A DNA stretch of 64,000 nucleotides from Alistipes sp. GTDB lineage: Bacteria > Bacteroidota > Bacteroidia > Bacteroidales > Rikenellaceae. Positions 9,313-19,079 of the stretch are shown here, piece after piece; the stretch's first letter is position 1; every line of letters starts with the position of its first letter. Under the pieces are notes generated by a model. That model did no database searches, was not told the origin of the DNA, and saw only the letters and a list, made by a program, of their open reading frames with translations. Both the position numbers and the translations under genes were made by a program. Location of the stretch: contig JAVBNV010000005.1 in the NCBI GenBank assembly GCA_031551325.1, positions 9,190-73,189 on the forward strand, read 5' to 3'.

Positions 9313-11505
9313 CTACTTCTCGACCAGGAAGACCGATTCCCGCCCGTTGAGCTCCAGGTTGATCCGGGTGACGGTTTCTTTGCCCTCCTTGGCATAGACC
9401 CCCCTCACCGGCGTGATCGCCCCGGTGTGGGGATTCCAGGCTTCGAGCGTGAGTTTGCCCCGCAGGGTCACCTCCCCGCGGTAGAGCGTGGGTGGGCAGT
9501 TGGCCAGGTAGAAAAGCGCCTTGCCGGCGTGCTCCTTGTGGATGTAGCGCAGGGGTTTTCCGGTCTCGAAAGCGATGTCCGGCGTCCGGCCCGAACTCAG
9601 AGCCTCGGTAAGAGCCGCCGGGGTCGGCTTAGCCAGGAAATAAACCTTGCCCCCGGAGAGACTTTCGTTGTAGCGGCTTCCGGCGGGCAGCAGCTCTTCC
9701 ATCAGGGCCTTGATCCGGAAATCTCCGTCCTTTTCCGCCGAGCGGGTCGGCAGCAGCGAGGTGAAGACCACAGTCCCCCCGGCGAGGAAGAGCTTGCGGG
9801 CCTGTTCCAGGGTGGTGACGGAGATCGTCCGCGAGGCGGGGATCACCAGGGTATGGAAGGTGTTTTTCTGGATTTTGTTGTTGAGGGTCAGCCCTTTTTT
9901 GTCCACCGTGCAGGCCCCGGCCAACACTTCCGGGTGCAGCCAGAGGTAGTCGCGGCCCAGGGTGTCGCTCAGCGCCATCCCCACCCGGGTGTAGTCGAGG
10001 TAGGGGATGTGGACGCCCCCCTTGTAGGCCGTCAGCGGGCCCCCGAAGCGGTGGTCGCCCTGCATGGTGTGGATGGGGTAGAGCACGGCCACCTCGGCTA
10101 CGGCGCGGTCCTCGTTTTGCAACATCAGTTGCAGGCGCCCCAAAAAGGTGCTCAACTCATAGAGCCCGTCGGCATAGAGCGGATTGCGCGAAGAAAGCTC
10201 CGGCAGGAAGGTGACCTTCTGATCGTTGTACCAGGCGGCGTGGGGGATAAAGGCGTTGATCCCTTTCGAAAACTGGTCCATGGCGATGGAGTACATGCTG
10301 TCGAAGGAGAGGTTCCCCATGGCCCCGTAGGTCTCGGACATGGCCAGGGAGTGGTCCCAGTTGTAGGCCGCCGAGGAGATGATTTTGTAGAATTTCTGTG
10401 CCGGCCGCGGGTTTTCGGCATCCTCACCGATGCGGTCGATGCCGGGGATCTCCAGGTAGCGGAAGCACTTCATCAGGTCGCCCGAGGTGCCCACCGGGTT
10501 TTCCACCTCTTCGTTGTCCTGGTGTCCGGTGGCCCGGGTGCCGTGCTCGCGGCTCCAGCGGTCGATCGCCCGGGGGTAGGCTTCGGCGTAGAGGTCCGAA
10601 CGCAGGGTAAACAGCGCGTTGCGGGCCGAGGCGGTCTGCTCACCGATGTCGTACCAGAGGGCGGGGTAGAGCAGCGTGGGGCTCTCCCCGTAGCGGGTGA
10701 TGAACTCCTCGTTGAACGAGGGAGTCCACACCCGTCCCTGAGCCCGGTAGAGGGTCGGCTCGTCGTAAAAAGTCTGGGTGATGGTCCGCCCGAAGGCCTC
10801 CGGGAAGCGCTTGTAGTATTGCTCGTGGGTCATTTCGATGTAGGCCTCGGCCGCTTCGACGCTCAGGTAGTCCATGTTGGGGTCCCCATCCGTCACGCAG
10901 ACGAATTGCATGATCTTCCAGCGTCCGGCGGGCACGTTCCAGACGATCACCCCTTCGGTCACCTTGTCCGTCAGGTCCACCCGCTCGAGCGTGGCGGTGT
11001 TCATGGCCACCACGGCCATCAGGGCACCCTCGGTAGAGGCTTCCTTGTGGTAGGGTTGCCCGCCCGTGACTTCTTCCTCGATCTTGTCGAGGCGCTTCAT
11101 CGTCAGGTTGGGGTAGCGGTTCAGGAAGCGGGGCATGTCGTCCCCGTTGATGGCCCCGCCGCTGCCGCTGGGGAAGCCGTACTCGTCGTAGAGGGCCATT
11201 TGCAGACCCAGTTCCGTGGCCCGGCGGACGGTGTGCCCGTAGAGTTCGAAGTAGGCTTCGGAGAGGTATTTGGGAGAAAAATCCTTGCCGAAGGGCAGGA
11301 TCGACACGCCCCCGTAGCCGCCCTTGTCGCGCAGGTCGACGATCTGGGCGTCGACCCCCTCGCTGGTCACGGCGGTGTTGTTCCAGAACCAGAGCGGGGT
11401 GGGGCGGGCGCTGAGCGGGGGATTCTTGAATTCGAGGGGGCTTTGGGCCTGGACGCCGGTGGCGCTCAGGAGCAGCAGGGCTGCGAAGGTGGATTTGAGG
11501 GTCAT
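9313..11505 (-). CDS. Secreted glycoside hydrolase, GH106-like (putative alpha-L-rhamnosidase family)
   Basis: Signal peptide from MTLKSTFAALLLL (start 11505 preferred over 11577); 'PTPLWFWN', 'LYDEYGFPSG', 'FYDEP', 'SETYGA', 'VAVLYP' and C-terminal 'EAWNPHTG' typical of this group. Confidence 0.55.
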   Translation of the reverse strand: MTLKSTFAALLLLSATGVQAQSPLEFKNPPLSARPTPLWFWNNTAVTSEGVDAQIVDLRDKGGYGGVSILPFGKDFSPKYLSEAYFELYGHTVRRATELGLQMALYDEYGFPSGSGGAINGDDMPRFLNRYPNLTMKRLDKIEEEVTGGQPYHKEASTEGALMAVVAMNTATLERVDLTDKVTEGVIVWNVPAGRWKIMQFVCVTDGDPNMDYLSVEAAEAYIEMTHEQYYKRFPEAFGRTITQTFYDEPTLYRAQGRVWTPSFNEEFITRYGESPTLLYPALWYDIGEQTASARNALFTLRSDLYAEAYPRAIDRWSREHGTRATGHQDNEEVENPVGTSGDLMKCFRYLEIPGIDRIGEDAENPRPAQKFYKIISSAAYNWDHSLAMSETYGAMGNLSFDSMYSIAMDQFSKGINAFIPHAAWYNDQKVTFLPELSSRNPLYADGLYELSTFLGRLQLMLQNEDRAVAEVAVLYPIHTMQGDHRFGGPLTAYKGGVHIPYLDYTRVGMALSDTLGRDYLWLHPEVLAGACTVDKKGLTLNNKIQKNTFHTLVIPASRTISVTTLEQARKLFLAGGTVVFTSLLPTRSAEKDGDFRIKALMEELLPAGSRYNESLSGGKVYFLAKPTPAALTEALSSGRTPDIAFETGKPLRYIHKEHAGKALFYLANCPPTLYRGEVTLRGKLTLEAWNPHTGAITPVRGVYAKEGKETVTRINLELNGRESVFLVEK

Positions 11506-11529
11506 GGTCGTGCCGCTTAGATTGAAAGA

Positions 11530-11566
11530 CAAAAATACATAATTTGCATGAGAAATAGTATCTTTG
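11530..11566. promoter_or_regulatory. Back-to-back Bacteroidota -7 promoters (TATTTTTG on - at 11530-11537; TATCTTTG on + at 11559-11566)
   Basis: Exact TAnnTTTG matches in the divergent gap. Confidence 0.65.
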
Positions 11567-11624
11567 TCCATAGACACACTTCCCTTTAACCCCTCATATG
11601 ATATGATCCTAAAAACAATATACG

Positions 11625-14450
11625 ATGAAAAAAACGCTAATTCCTTGCATGCTCCTTTCGATTATGGCTGCGGTGAGTAGTTGCAAAAACTCAGGGGGCG
11701 AGGCCTCGCTGAAGTACGAAAAGTACAAACTGGACAACGGGTTAGAGGTGGTTCTGCACCCCGACAGCTCCGACCCGGTGGTCTCGCTGGCCATCCAGTA
11801 CCACGTGGGCAGCAACCGCGAGAAGCCCGGCAAAACGGGTTTCGCGCACTTCTTCGAGCACATGCTGTTCCAGCGCTCCGAAAACCTGCCCCGCAACGCC
11901 TTCTTCCAGAAGATCGACGAGATGGGCGGCTCCTTCAACGGGGGCACCAGCAACGACGGGACCGTCTACTTCGAGACCGTGCCCCGCAATGCCCTCGAAA
12001 AAGTCCTCTGGATGGAATCCGACCGCATGGGCTATTTCATCAACACCGTGACCGAGGGCGGCCTCAAACGAGAGATCGACGTGGTCTCCAACGAGAAGCG
12101 CCAGGGCGAGAACGCCCCCTACGGGCTGGCCTACGACCTGCTCTTCAAAAACCTCTTTCCCGCCGGGCACCCCTATAGCTGGACGGTGATCGGGGAGATT
12201 CCCGACCTGCGCAGCGCCACGGTCGAGGACGTCAAGGAGTTCTATAACCTCTATTACACGCCCGGCAACGCCACCCTGGTGCTGGCTGGGGATTTCGATC
12301 CGGCCCAGGCCCGGGAGTTGATCCAAAAATATTTCGGTGAAATTCCCGCCCGGCCCAATCCCGCCGCTCCCCAGGTGCAGAACGTCACCCTCGACTCGAC
12401 CAAACGCATCGAGCACGAAGACCCCTTCTGCAACGCTCCCATGCTGCTGGTGGCCTACCCGGCCGTGGAAGCCTACGCTCCCGACGGCTACGCCCTCGAC
12501 CTGCTGAGCAACCTGCTCTCCGGGGACAAGAAGTCGCCCATGTACCAGGTGTTGGTCGAGGAGCGCAAGCTGGTCCCCTCGGTCGATATGTACAACTACC
12601 AGATGGAACTCGCCGGTCTGATGTTCTTCAACGCCACGACCTTCCCCGGCGTCAAGCTGGACGACGTCCAGGCCGGGATCGAGGAAGCCTACTCGCGCTT
12701 CGAGCAGCAGGGCGTCGATCCCAAGGACCTCGAACGCTACCTGGCCATCGAGGAGACCCGGGCCTACAACCGCCTCACCTCGACCCAGGGCAAGGCCATC
12801 GGCATGGCCCACAGTAACGTCTTCGGCGGATCCCCCGACCGCATGCTTAAAGAGTTGGCCGAGTACCGCAAGGTGACCCCGGCGGACATCCTGCGGGTCT
12901 ACGAGAAATACATCAAAGGCAAAAATTACCTCTCGGTAAGCATCGTGCCCCAAGGCCAGCGCGAACTGGCCATCACGGGCAGCACTCCCGCCGTGGTGGA
13001 ACAGGAAGCCATCCACGAACAGGAGCTCAACTCCCAGGAGGGCGCCATCGTGGACGATCCCTACGAACGCACCCCCTCGGCCTTCGACCGCAGCGTCGAG
13101 CCCGGGCTGCTCCCCAATACGCCCGAGCTGAACGTCCCGGCGATCTGGACGTCGCAGTTGGAAAGCGGAATGGAAGTGCGCGGAATCCGCTACACCGAAC
13201 TGCCGCTGGTGAACTTCGCCGTCGAACTCAACAATGGGATGCTGCTCGACACGCCCCGGAAGGCCGGGCTGGCCAAGCTGACCGCCGCCCTGCTCAACGA
13301 GGGCACGGCCGACAAGACCGCCGCCGAACTGGAGGAAGCCATCGGCCAACTGGGCGCGCGCCTGAGCATCCAATCCTCCTACGAGACGATGGTCATCACG
13401 GGCAACTGCCTGCTGAACAAGTATCCCGAACTGGTGAAACTGATCGAAGAGGTGCTCACCCGTCCCCGCTGGGACACCGCCTCCTTCTCCCTGGTCAAGG
13501 AGCGCACTCTGGACAACATCCGCCAGAACGCCACCGAACCTTCGGCCATCGGGGGCGCCGTCTTCCGCAAGCTGCTCTTCGGGGGGGACAACATCCTGGG
13601 CTACACTCCCGACGGGACCGAGGAATCGGTATCGGCCCTGACGCTCGAAGACGTGAAGAACTTCTACACGGCCAACTTCTCGCAGAGCATCGCCAAGTTC
13701 AATTTCGTGGGGGGCCTCGACCAGCGCCAGGTCGAAAAATCGCTCGCCTCGCTGCGCAAGAACTGGGCCGCCACTCCGGTGATCGCCCCGCAGCTGACCG
13801 AGCCTGCGGTGAAGCCCGCGGCCAAGCTCTACTTCGTGGATTACCCCGGCTCCCGCCAGTCCTACATCGTCGTGGGGTCGAAGTCCGTGCCGCAGGACAG
13901 CCCCGAAGCCTACCCCTGCGTGGTGGTCAACGACCACCTGGGCGCCTCGACCAGCAGCCTGCTGTTCGATATCCTGCGCCTGCAACGGGGCTACACCTAC
14001 GGAGCCTACTCGAACTTCAACACGGGCATCGTCAACAACACCTTCACGGCCCGCTCCAGCGTGCAGGCCACGGTGACCAAGGAGTCGGTGGATCTCTTCC
14101 GGGAGATCCTGACCGGCTATGGCGAAGGTTTTACCCAGCAGGACCTGGACGCCACCACCTCCTCGCTGCTGTCGACCATGAACGGCTCGTTCGAGACGCC
14201 CAACGCCCTGCTCAACCTGCTGCGCCAGGTCTCGGTCTACCACCTGCCGGAGGATTATCCCAAGCAGCGCGAGGCCCTGCTCAAGACCATGACCCTCGAC
14301 GAGGCCAAGGGCTATATCGCCCGCAACCTCAACTACGAAGACATGATCATCGTCGTGGTGGGCGACGCGGCCACGCAACTCGCCGGGCTCAAACAACTCA
14401 ACCTGGGAACTATCCTCCAGGTAGATAAGGACGGCAAGCTCGTAAAATAG
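11625..14450 (+). CDS. M16 family zinc metallopeptidase (pitrilysin/PqqL-like, fused halves), probable lipoprotein
   Basis: Inverted zincin HxxEH ('GFAHFFEHM'), 'EREVV'-like 'KREIDVVSNE', second non-catalytic half, lipobox AVSSC. Confidence 0.9.
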   Translation: MKKTLIPCMLLSIMAAVSSCKNSGGEASLKYEKYKLDNGLEVVLHPDSSDPVVSLAIQYHVGSNREKPGKTGFAHFFEHMLFQRSENLPRNAFFQKIDEMGGSFNGGTSNDGTVYFETVPRNALEKVLWMESDRMGYFINTVTEGGLKREIDVVSNEKRQGENAPYGLAYDLLFKNLFPAGHPYSWTVIGEIPDLRSATVEDVKEFYNLYYTPGNATLVLAGDFDPAQARELIQKYFGEIPARPNPAAPQVQNVTLDSTKRIEHEDPFCNAPMLLVAYPAVEAYAPDGYALDLLSNLLSGDKKSPMYQVLVEERKLVPSVDMYNYQMELAGLMFFNATTFPGVKLDDVQAGIEEAYSRFEQQGVDPKDLERYLAIEETRAYNRLTSTQGKAIGMAHSNVFGGSPDRMLKELAEYRKVTPADILRVYEKYIKGKNYLSVSIVPQGQRELAITGSTPAVVEQEAIHEQELNSQEGAIVDDPYERTPSAFDRSVEPGLLPNTPELNVPAIWTSQLESGMEVRGIRYTELPLVNFAVELNNGMLLDTPRKAGLAKLTAALLNEGTADKTAAELEEAIGQLGARLSIQSSYETMVITGNCLLNKYPELVKLIEEVLTRPRWDTASFSLVKERTLDNIRQNATEPSAIGGAVFRKLLFGGDNILGYTPDGTEESVSALTLEDVKNFYTANFSQSIAKFNFVGGLDQRQVEKSLASLRKNWAATPVIAPQLTEPAVKPAAKLYFVDYPGSRQSYIVVGSKSVPQDSPEAYPCVVVNDHLGASTSSLLFDILRLQRGYTYGAYSNFNTGIVNNTFTARSSVQATVTKESVDLFREILTGYGEGFTQQDLDATTSSLLSTMNGSFETPNALLNLLRQVSVYHLPEDYPKQREALLKTMTLDEAKGYIARNLNYEDMIIVVVGDAATQLAGLKQLNLGTILQVDKDGKLVK

Positions 14451-14459
14451 CGATACCTT

Positions 14460-14513
14460 ATCTATAAACGAACACGCCCCCGGAATCTTCCGGGGGCGTG
14501 TTCGTTTATAGAT
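14460..14513. terminator. Perfect 26-bp inverted repeat, bidirectional terminator
   Basis: atctataaacgaacacgcccccggaa - tc - ttccgggggcgtgttcgtttatagat between convergent genes. Confidence 0.8.
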
Positions 14514-16111
14514 TAAGGACAATCGTTGTTGGGCGGATCGGCCACCCGGTAGTCGCTCGCACCATAAAAGACGCGCCCCGTGAGGTCGGTGGCCCGCACC
14601 TCGATGCTGTGGCGGCCTGCCGCATAGCCCTTCGAGGGCATGGGGGCCCGCCAGATGTGCTGGCTCGGGACGGCTTCGCCCGGCCAGCGGGTGGTGTGCA
14701 CGGCCTCGGTCATGTCCCAGCGGTAGCACATGTTCTGGTAATAGGGGTCGTTCATGACGGTGTGTGTCATCGCCTGCCAGGGGCCACCGTCGATGCGGTA
14801 TTCCACCGTGTCGTTCCGGTGGCCCATAAAGAAATTGACCGTGATAAACGAGGGTGTGTGCAGGTCGCGGATCACCACCTTGGGGTGCAGGATCGACATC
14901 CGGTAGTCTGCGGGCATCCCCGCCACCTTATAATCCAGCGAATAGGTATTGCCCTTTACATGCAGGTAGGCGTAGCCCTGGGGCGTGCCGTCCCGCATCA
15001 TCGATTCGGGAATGCCGTTCTCGTCCGGAAAGCCCGAGTACCAACTCCCGCAGGTGGTCCCCACCACGTATTCGTGCAGGGGCTTTCGGCCGTTCCAGCC
15101 TTCTTCCGCTCCGTAGTAGTTGTGCAGTTGGACGTGCCAGTGCGAGGCGAGCACCAGCACATGCTCGAAGCGGGAGAGCTGGCCCATCAGGTAGGCCGCC
15201 ACGTCGTTTTCCCGGTTCCAGTCGTCGCACAGCGGCACGTGCATCATCAGGATTACCAGCTTATCCGGACTCACCCCCGCGAGGTCGTTCTCGATAAAGC
15301 GCCGCTGGTCCTCCCGGAGGCCCGAGCGCGAGACCCACCGCCTCTCGTCGGGTTTTTCGGGGTTGGGGAAGTAGATGTTGTCGATCACCAGGACGTGCGA
15401 CCCGGCGTAGTTGAAGGCGTAGTCCGTGGGCCCGAAGTAGCGGATGAAGGTCTCGCTGGCGAGACGGTCCTCCGGGGCGTCGTAGTTGGTGTCGTGGTTG
15501 CCGTTGACGTAGTACCAGGGCGCCCCGATGCGGGCGGTCACGGCCTTGATGTCGCCCATCAGGTCGAGGTCCTCGTCCGAGACGTCGCCCAGGCTCACCC
15601 CGAAGGCGATGTCCGGGGAGTCGACCAGTTCGGAGACGATCTTACGTTCGAAAAAGCCCAGCATCGCCCGGTTGCGCACCTGGGGGTCGCCGAAAATGAG
15701 GGCCGTGAATTCGTCCGGCTCCGGGCTGGGCTTCAGCGCGAAGTCCAGCGAGCGGGGCAGCGGCCCGGTGGGGGAGACCCCCTTGAATTTGTAATAGCCG
15801 GGCGAGCCTTCCGGCTTGTGGACGTAGTAAAAACGGGGCATCAGGCATTCGTCCTGCGGGAAGGCGTACCCGGCGGGCTTGATCACAAAGATCGTGTTGC
15901 CCGATTCCACCGGAAATTCATAATAGCCCCGCGCGTCGGTGTAGACGATCCCGCTGCCGTTGGAGACCCCCACGGAGGCGACTCCCTTTTCGTTGCGCTC
16001 GCGTTTTCCGTTGGCGTTGGCGTCCTCGTAGACATACCCCCGGGCGATCTCCCCGGCCGACAACGTAAAGGCCCAGAGCGACAGGGCACCCGCTAAAAAG
16101 ATTTTTTTCAT
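14513..16111 (-). CDS. Secreted calcineurin-like metallophosphoesterase with N- and C-terminal accessory domains
   Basis: Signal peptide; 'GYVYEDAN.NG' N-domain; metallophos motifs GDPQ, LGD, GNHD, H, SHWH; 'DGTPQGY'. Confidence 0.8.
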   Translation of the reverse strand: MKKIFLAGALSLWAFTLSAGEIARGYVYEDANANGKRERNEKGVASVGVSNGSGIVYTDARGYYEFPVESGNTIFVIKPAGYAFPQDECLMPRFYYVHKPEGSPGYYKFKGVSPTGPLPRSLDFALKPSPEPDEFTALIFGDPQVRNRAMLGFFERKIVSELVDSPDIAFGVSLGDVSDEDLDLMGDIKAVTARIGAPWYYVNGNHDTNYDAPEDRLASETFIRYFGPTDYAFNYAGSHVLVIDNIYFPNPEKPDERRWVSRSGLREDQRRFIENDLAGVSPDKLVILMMHVPLCDDWNRENDVAAYLMGQLSRFEHVLVLASHWHVQLHNYYGAEEGWNGRKPLHEYVVGTTCGSWYSGFPDENGIPESMMRDGTPQGYAYLHVKGNTYSLDYKVAGMPADYRMSILHPKVVIRDLHTPSFITVNFFMGHRNDTVEYRIDGGPWQAMTHTVMNDPYYQNMCYRWDMTEAVHTTRWPGEAVPSQHIWRAPMPSKGYAAGRHSIEVRATDLTGRVFYGASDYRVADPPNNDCP

Positions 16112-16115
16112 AGGT

Positions 16116-18278
16116 CTATAATACTTCTTGGGGAACCGTGGTCGAATCCGCCACCGGAGCCACCTCGCGCACCAACAGCCCGCGCCCCCAGAGCAGGGGC
16201 TTGGTGTCGGGCTCGGCCCCCCGGAATTTCTTATACAACACCATTCCCTCTTCGCTGCCCCCTTTTTCGAGGATGTTCTGCCGGAAGGAGCGGGCCACGG
16301 CCCGGTTGAAGATGTCGCCCGTCTCGGCGAAGGCTTCGAAGGCGTCCTTGTCCAGCACCTCGGCCCAGAGGTAGCTGTAGTAGCCCGCGGCGTAGCCCCA
16401 GCCGAAGATGTGGCTGAAGTAGGGGTAGCGGTAGCGCGGCTCGATCTGGGGGATCAGGCCCCGCCGGGTGTAGAGCGCCTCTTTTTCGAAGGCGTTCACG
16501 TCCAGGGCCATCTTGTTTTCGATCGAGTGGATGTCCAAGTCCGCGAGGGCCGCCGCGGTCAGCTCCGTGGTCGTGAAACCCTGGTTGAAGTAGCGGCTGC
16601 GCAGGATTTTGGAGACCAGGTTGTCGGGCATGTCGGTGTGGGTTTGGTAGTGCTTGGCGTACATTTTCAGCATCTCCGGGGCAAAGGCCCAGTTCTCCAT
16701 GATCTGGGAGGGGAGTTCCACGAAGTCGCGTTCCACCCCGGAGAGGCCCTCGTAGCGCACCTGCGAAAAGAGCGTGTGCAGGGCGTGACCGAACTCGTGG
16801 AACAGGGTCTCGGTGTCGTCGAGGCCCAGCAGCGCGGGGCTGCTGCCCGCCGGACGCGGAAAGTTGCAGACGATGCTCACCACCGGAGCCACCCGCACAC
16901 TATCCCGGTAGCTGGGCTCCCTCAGGGAGGTGCACCAGGCCCCGTTCTGCTTGCCGGGCCGCGGGAAGAAGTCGAAGTAGAGCACGCCCAGGTGGGTGTT
17001 GTCCAGGTCCAGCACCTCGTAGACCGAGCATTCGGCGTTGTAGTAGGGCACGGCGATGGGGCGGAAGGTGATGCCCCAGAGACGGTTGGCCAACTGAAAA
17101 ATTCCCTGGGTGACGTAGTCCAGCGACAGATAGGGCCGGATCATCTCCTCGTCCAGGTCGTACTTCTGCTTGCGCACCTTCTCGGCGTAGTACCACCAGT
17201 CCCAGCTGTGGAAGGTGCTGTCGCCCTTCTCCTGCAACTTGATCTGCCGCATCGCTTCGAGCTCCTCTTTGGCCAGGTTCAGCGCCGGGGTCCAGATCTT
17301 GTCGAGCAGGCGGTAGGCGTTCTCGGGCGTTTTAGCCATCACGGCGTCCAGCGAGAAGGCGGCGTAGGTGGGGAAACCCATCAGCTGGCCCTTGATCCGC
17401 CGCAATTCGGCGATCTCGGCGGCGATGGCCTTGTTGTCGTTTTCGCCTCCCCGGTCGCAGCGCTTGATGTACGCCGTGTAGAGCTGTTCGCGCAGGGTGT
17501 CGACCGTGGAATAGGTCAGCAGGGGAATCCAACTGGGCTTGCTCAGCGTGAAGACCCACTGGTCGGAGAGTCCCCGGCTGCGGGCTTCCTCCTGGGCCGC
17601 CATACGCACGCTGCCGGGCAGGCCGTCGAGTTCCTCGTTGCGGGTGAGCGTCAGGGTGAAGGCGTTGTTTTCGGCCAGGAGGTTTTTGCCGAAGGCCACT
17701 TCCAGGGCCGAGAGCCGCTCGTTGGTCTTGCGGAGCTGCTCCTTTTTTTCGGGAGTGAGCCCGGCCCCCGAGCGGATGAAGCGCCGGTAGGTCAGCTCCG
17801 TCAGCCGCCGCTGCTGTTCGTCCAGCCCGGCGTTCTCGCGCTGGTCGTAGACGGCCTTCACGCGCTTGAACAGGTCCTCGTTGAGGTAGATGTCGTCGTA
17901 GTGGGCGCTCACGGCGGGGGTCGCTTCGGCGTCGATCTCCTGCATCAATTCGGTCGACTCGGCCTCCTTGATGGCCGAGAAAACCGTGTAGGCGTTGCGA
18001 AGCAGGCTGCCGCAAGTGTCGAGCGCTTCGATGGTGTTGGCGAAATTGGGTAGCTCGGTACTCCGGGCGATCACCTCGACCTGGGCTCCGTGGCGGAGGA
18101 TGCCCTCGCGGATGGCTTCGCGGTAGTGGTGCTCCTTGATTTTATCGAAAGGCGGCACCCCGAACGGGGTTTCCCAGGCGGTGAAAAAGGGGTTGACGTC
18201 CGCCGTTTTTTTGGTACAACTTTGCAGGGGATTCATTAAAATCAGAATAAGGGTGGGGAGTAGGATTTTACGCATCAT
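16116..18278 (-). CDS. dcp: M3 family peptidyl-dipeptidase Dcp, probable lipoprotein
   Basis: N-terminal 'NPFF..W.TPFGVPPF', 'KQNGAW', HEFGH zinc motif, 'DFVELPSQIMENW', 'YAAGYYSYLWAEVLD'. Confidence 0.92.
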   Translation of the reverse strand: MMRKILLPTLILILMNPLQSCTKKTADVNPFFTAWETPFGVPPFDKIKEHHYREAIREGILRHGAQVEVIARSTELPNFANTIEALDTCGSLLRNAYTVFSAIKEAESTELMQEIDAEATPAVSAHYDDIYLNEDLFKRVKAVYDQRENAGLDEQQRRLTELTYRRFIRSGAGLTPEKKEQLRKTNERLSALEVAFGKNLLAENNAFTLTLTRNEELDGLPGSVRMAAQEEARSRGLSDQWVFTLSKPSWIPLLTYSTVDTLREQLYTAYIKRCDRGGENDNKAIAAEIAELRRIKGQLMGFPTYAAFSLDAVMAKTPENAYRLLDKIWTPALNLAKEELEAMRQIKLQEKGDSTFHSWDWWYYAEKVRKQKYDLDEEMIRPYLSLDYVTQGIFQLANRLWGITFRPIAVPYYNAECSVYEVLDLDNTHLGVLYFDFFPRPGKQNGAWCTSLREPSYRDSVRVAPVVSIVCNFPRPAGSSPALLGLDDTETLFHEFGHALHTLFSQVRYEGLSGVERDFVELPSQIMENWAFAPEMLKMYAKHYQTHTDMPDNLVSKILRSRYFNQGFTTTELTAAALADLDIHSIENKMALDVNAFEKEALYTRRGLIPQIEPRYRYPYFSHIFGWGYAAGYYSYLWAEVLDKDAFEAFAETGDIFNRAVARSFRQNILEKGGSEEGMVLYKKFRGAEPDTKPLLWGRGLLVREVAPVADSTTVPQEVL

Positions 18279-18317
18279 TTCCTGGGATCAATGTTTGATA
18301 CTTCGCCGGTTGTTTTG

Positions 18318-18357
18318 TAGTTTTGTGCCATCCGTAGAGGTGGTGAACGCAAAAGTA
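18318..18357. promoter_or_regulatory. Face-to-face -7 promoters (TAGTTTTG + at 18318-18325 for rsmE-ehr; TACTTTTG - at 18350-18357 for dcp)
   Basis: Two exact TAnnTTTG matches on opposite strands pointing toward each other. Confidence 0.55.
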
Positions 18358-18363
18358 ATACAA

Positions 18364-19077
18364 ATGCAATTATTTTACGCCCCCCATATCGATTTTGCTT
18401 CCGGAGTTTACACCTTCCCGGAGGAGGAGTCGCGCCACATCGTCCGCGTGTTGCGCCTGGGAGCGGGCGAGAGCCTCTCGCTGACCGACGGGCAGGGCAA
18501 CTGGGCCCGGGCTGAAATCACCGATCCCTCGGTCAAGGGCTGCCAAGTGGCGATCCGCGAAGTGACGCCGGATTACGAAAAACGTCCCTGCCGCCTGCTG
18601 CTGGCTGTGGCCCCGACCAAGAACGCCGACCGCTACGAATGGATGGCCGAAAAGGCCACCGAGATCGGCGTGGATACGATCATCCCCCTGCTGACGGAGC
18701 ACTGCGAACGCAAAAACCTGCGCACCGACCGCCTCGAAAAGATCGTCGCCGGGGCGATGAAGCAATCCCTCAAGGCTTATTTGCCGGAAGTGGAGCCGCT
18801 GACGCCTTTCGGGGAATTGATCGCCCGTCCGTTCGCCGGGCGGAAGTTGATCGCCCACTGCGAGGACGGCCTCCCGAGGGTAGCTATGCAATCCCTCGTC
18901 CGCCCGGGAGAAGATGTGCTGATGCTGATCGGCCCCGAAGGAGACTTCTCCCCGGAAGAGATCGCCGCGGCCACCGCCGCCGGATTCGAGGCTGTATCGC
19001 TGGGCCGCAGCCGCCTGCGCACCGAGACCGCCGCCATCGCCGCCGCGCATACGGTGGCGCTATTGAACGATAAGTAA
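18364..19077 (+). CDS. rsmE: 16S rRNA m3U1498 methyltransferase RsmE
   Basis: 'ESRHIVRVLRL', 'EKATEIGV', 'LIGPEGDFS', 'SLGRSRLRTETA'. Start MQLFY at 18364 preferred over the upstream TTG. Confidence 0.95.
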   Translation: MQLFYAPHIDFASGVYTFPEEESRHIVRVLRLGAGESLSLTDGQGNWARAEITDPSVKGCQVAIREVTPDYEKRPCRLLLAVAPTKNADRYEWMAEKATEIGVDTIIPLLTEHCERKNLRTDRLEKIVAGAMKQSLKAYLPEVEPLTPFGELIARPFAGRKLIAHCEDGLPRVAMQSLVRPGEDVLMLIGPEGDFSPEEIAAATAAGFEAVSLGRSRLRTETAAIAAAHTVALLNDK

Positions 19078-19079
19078 GA

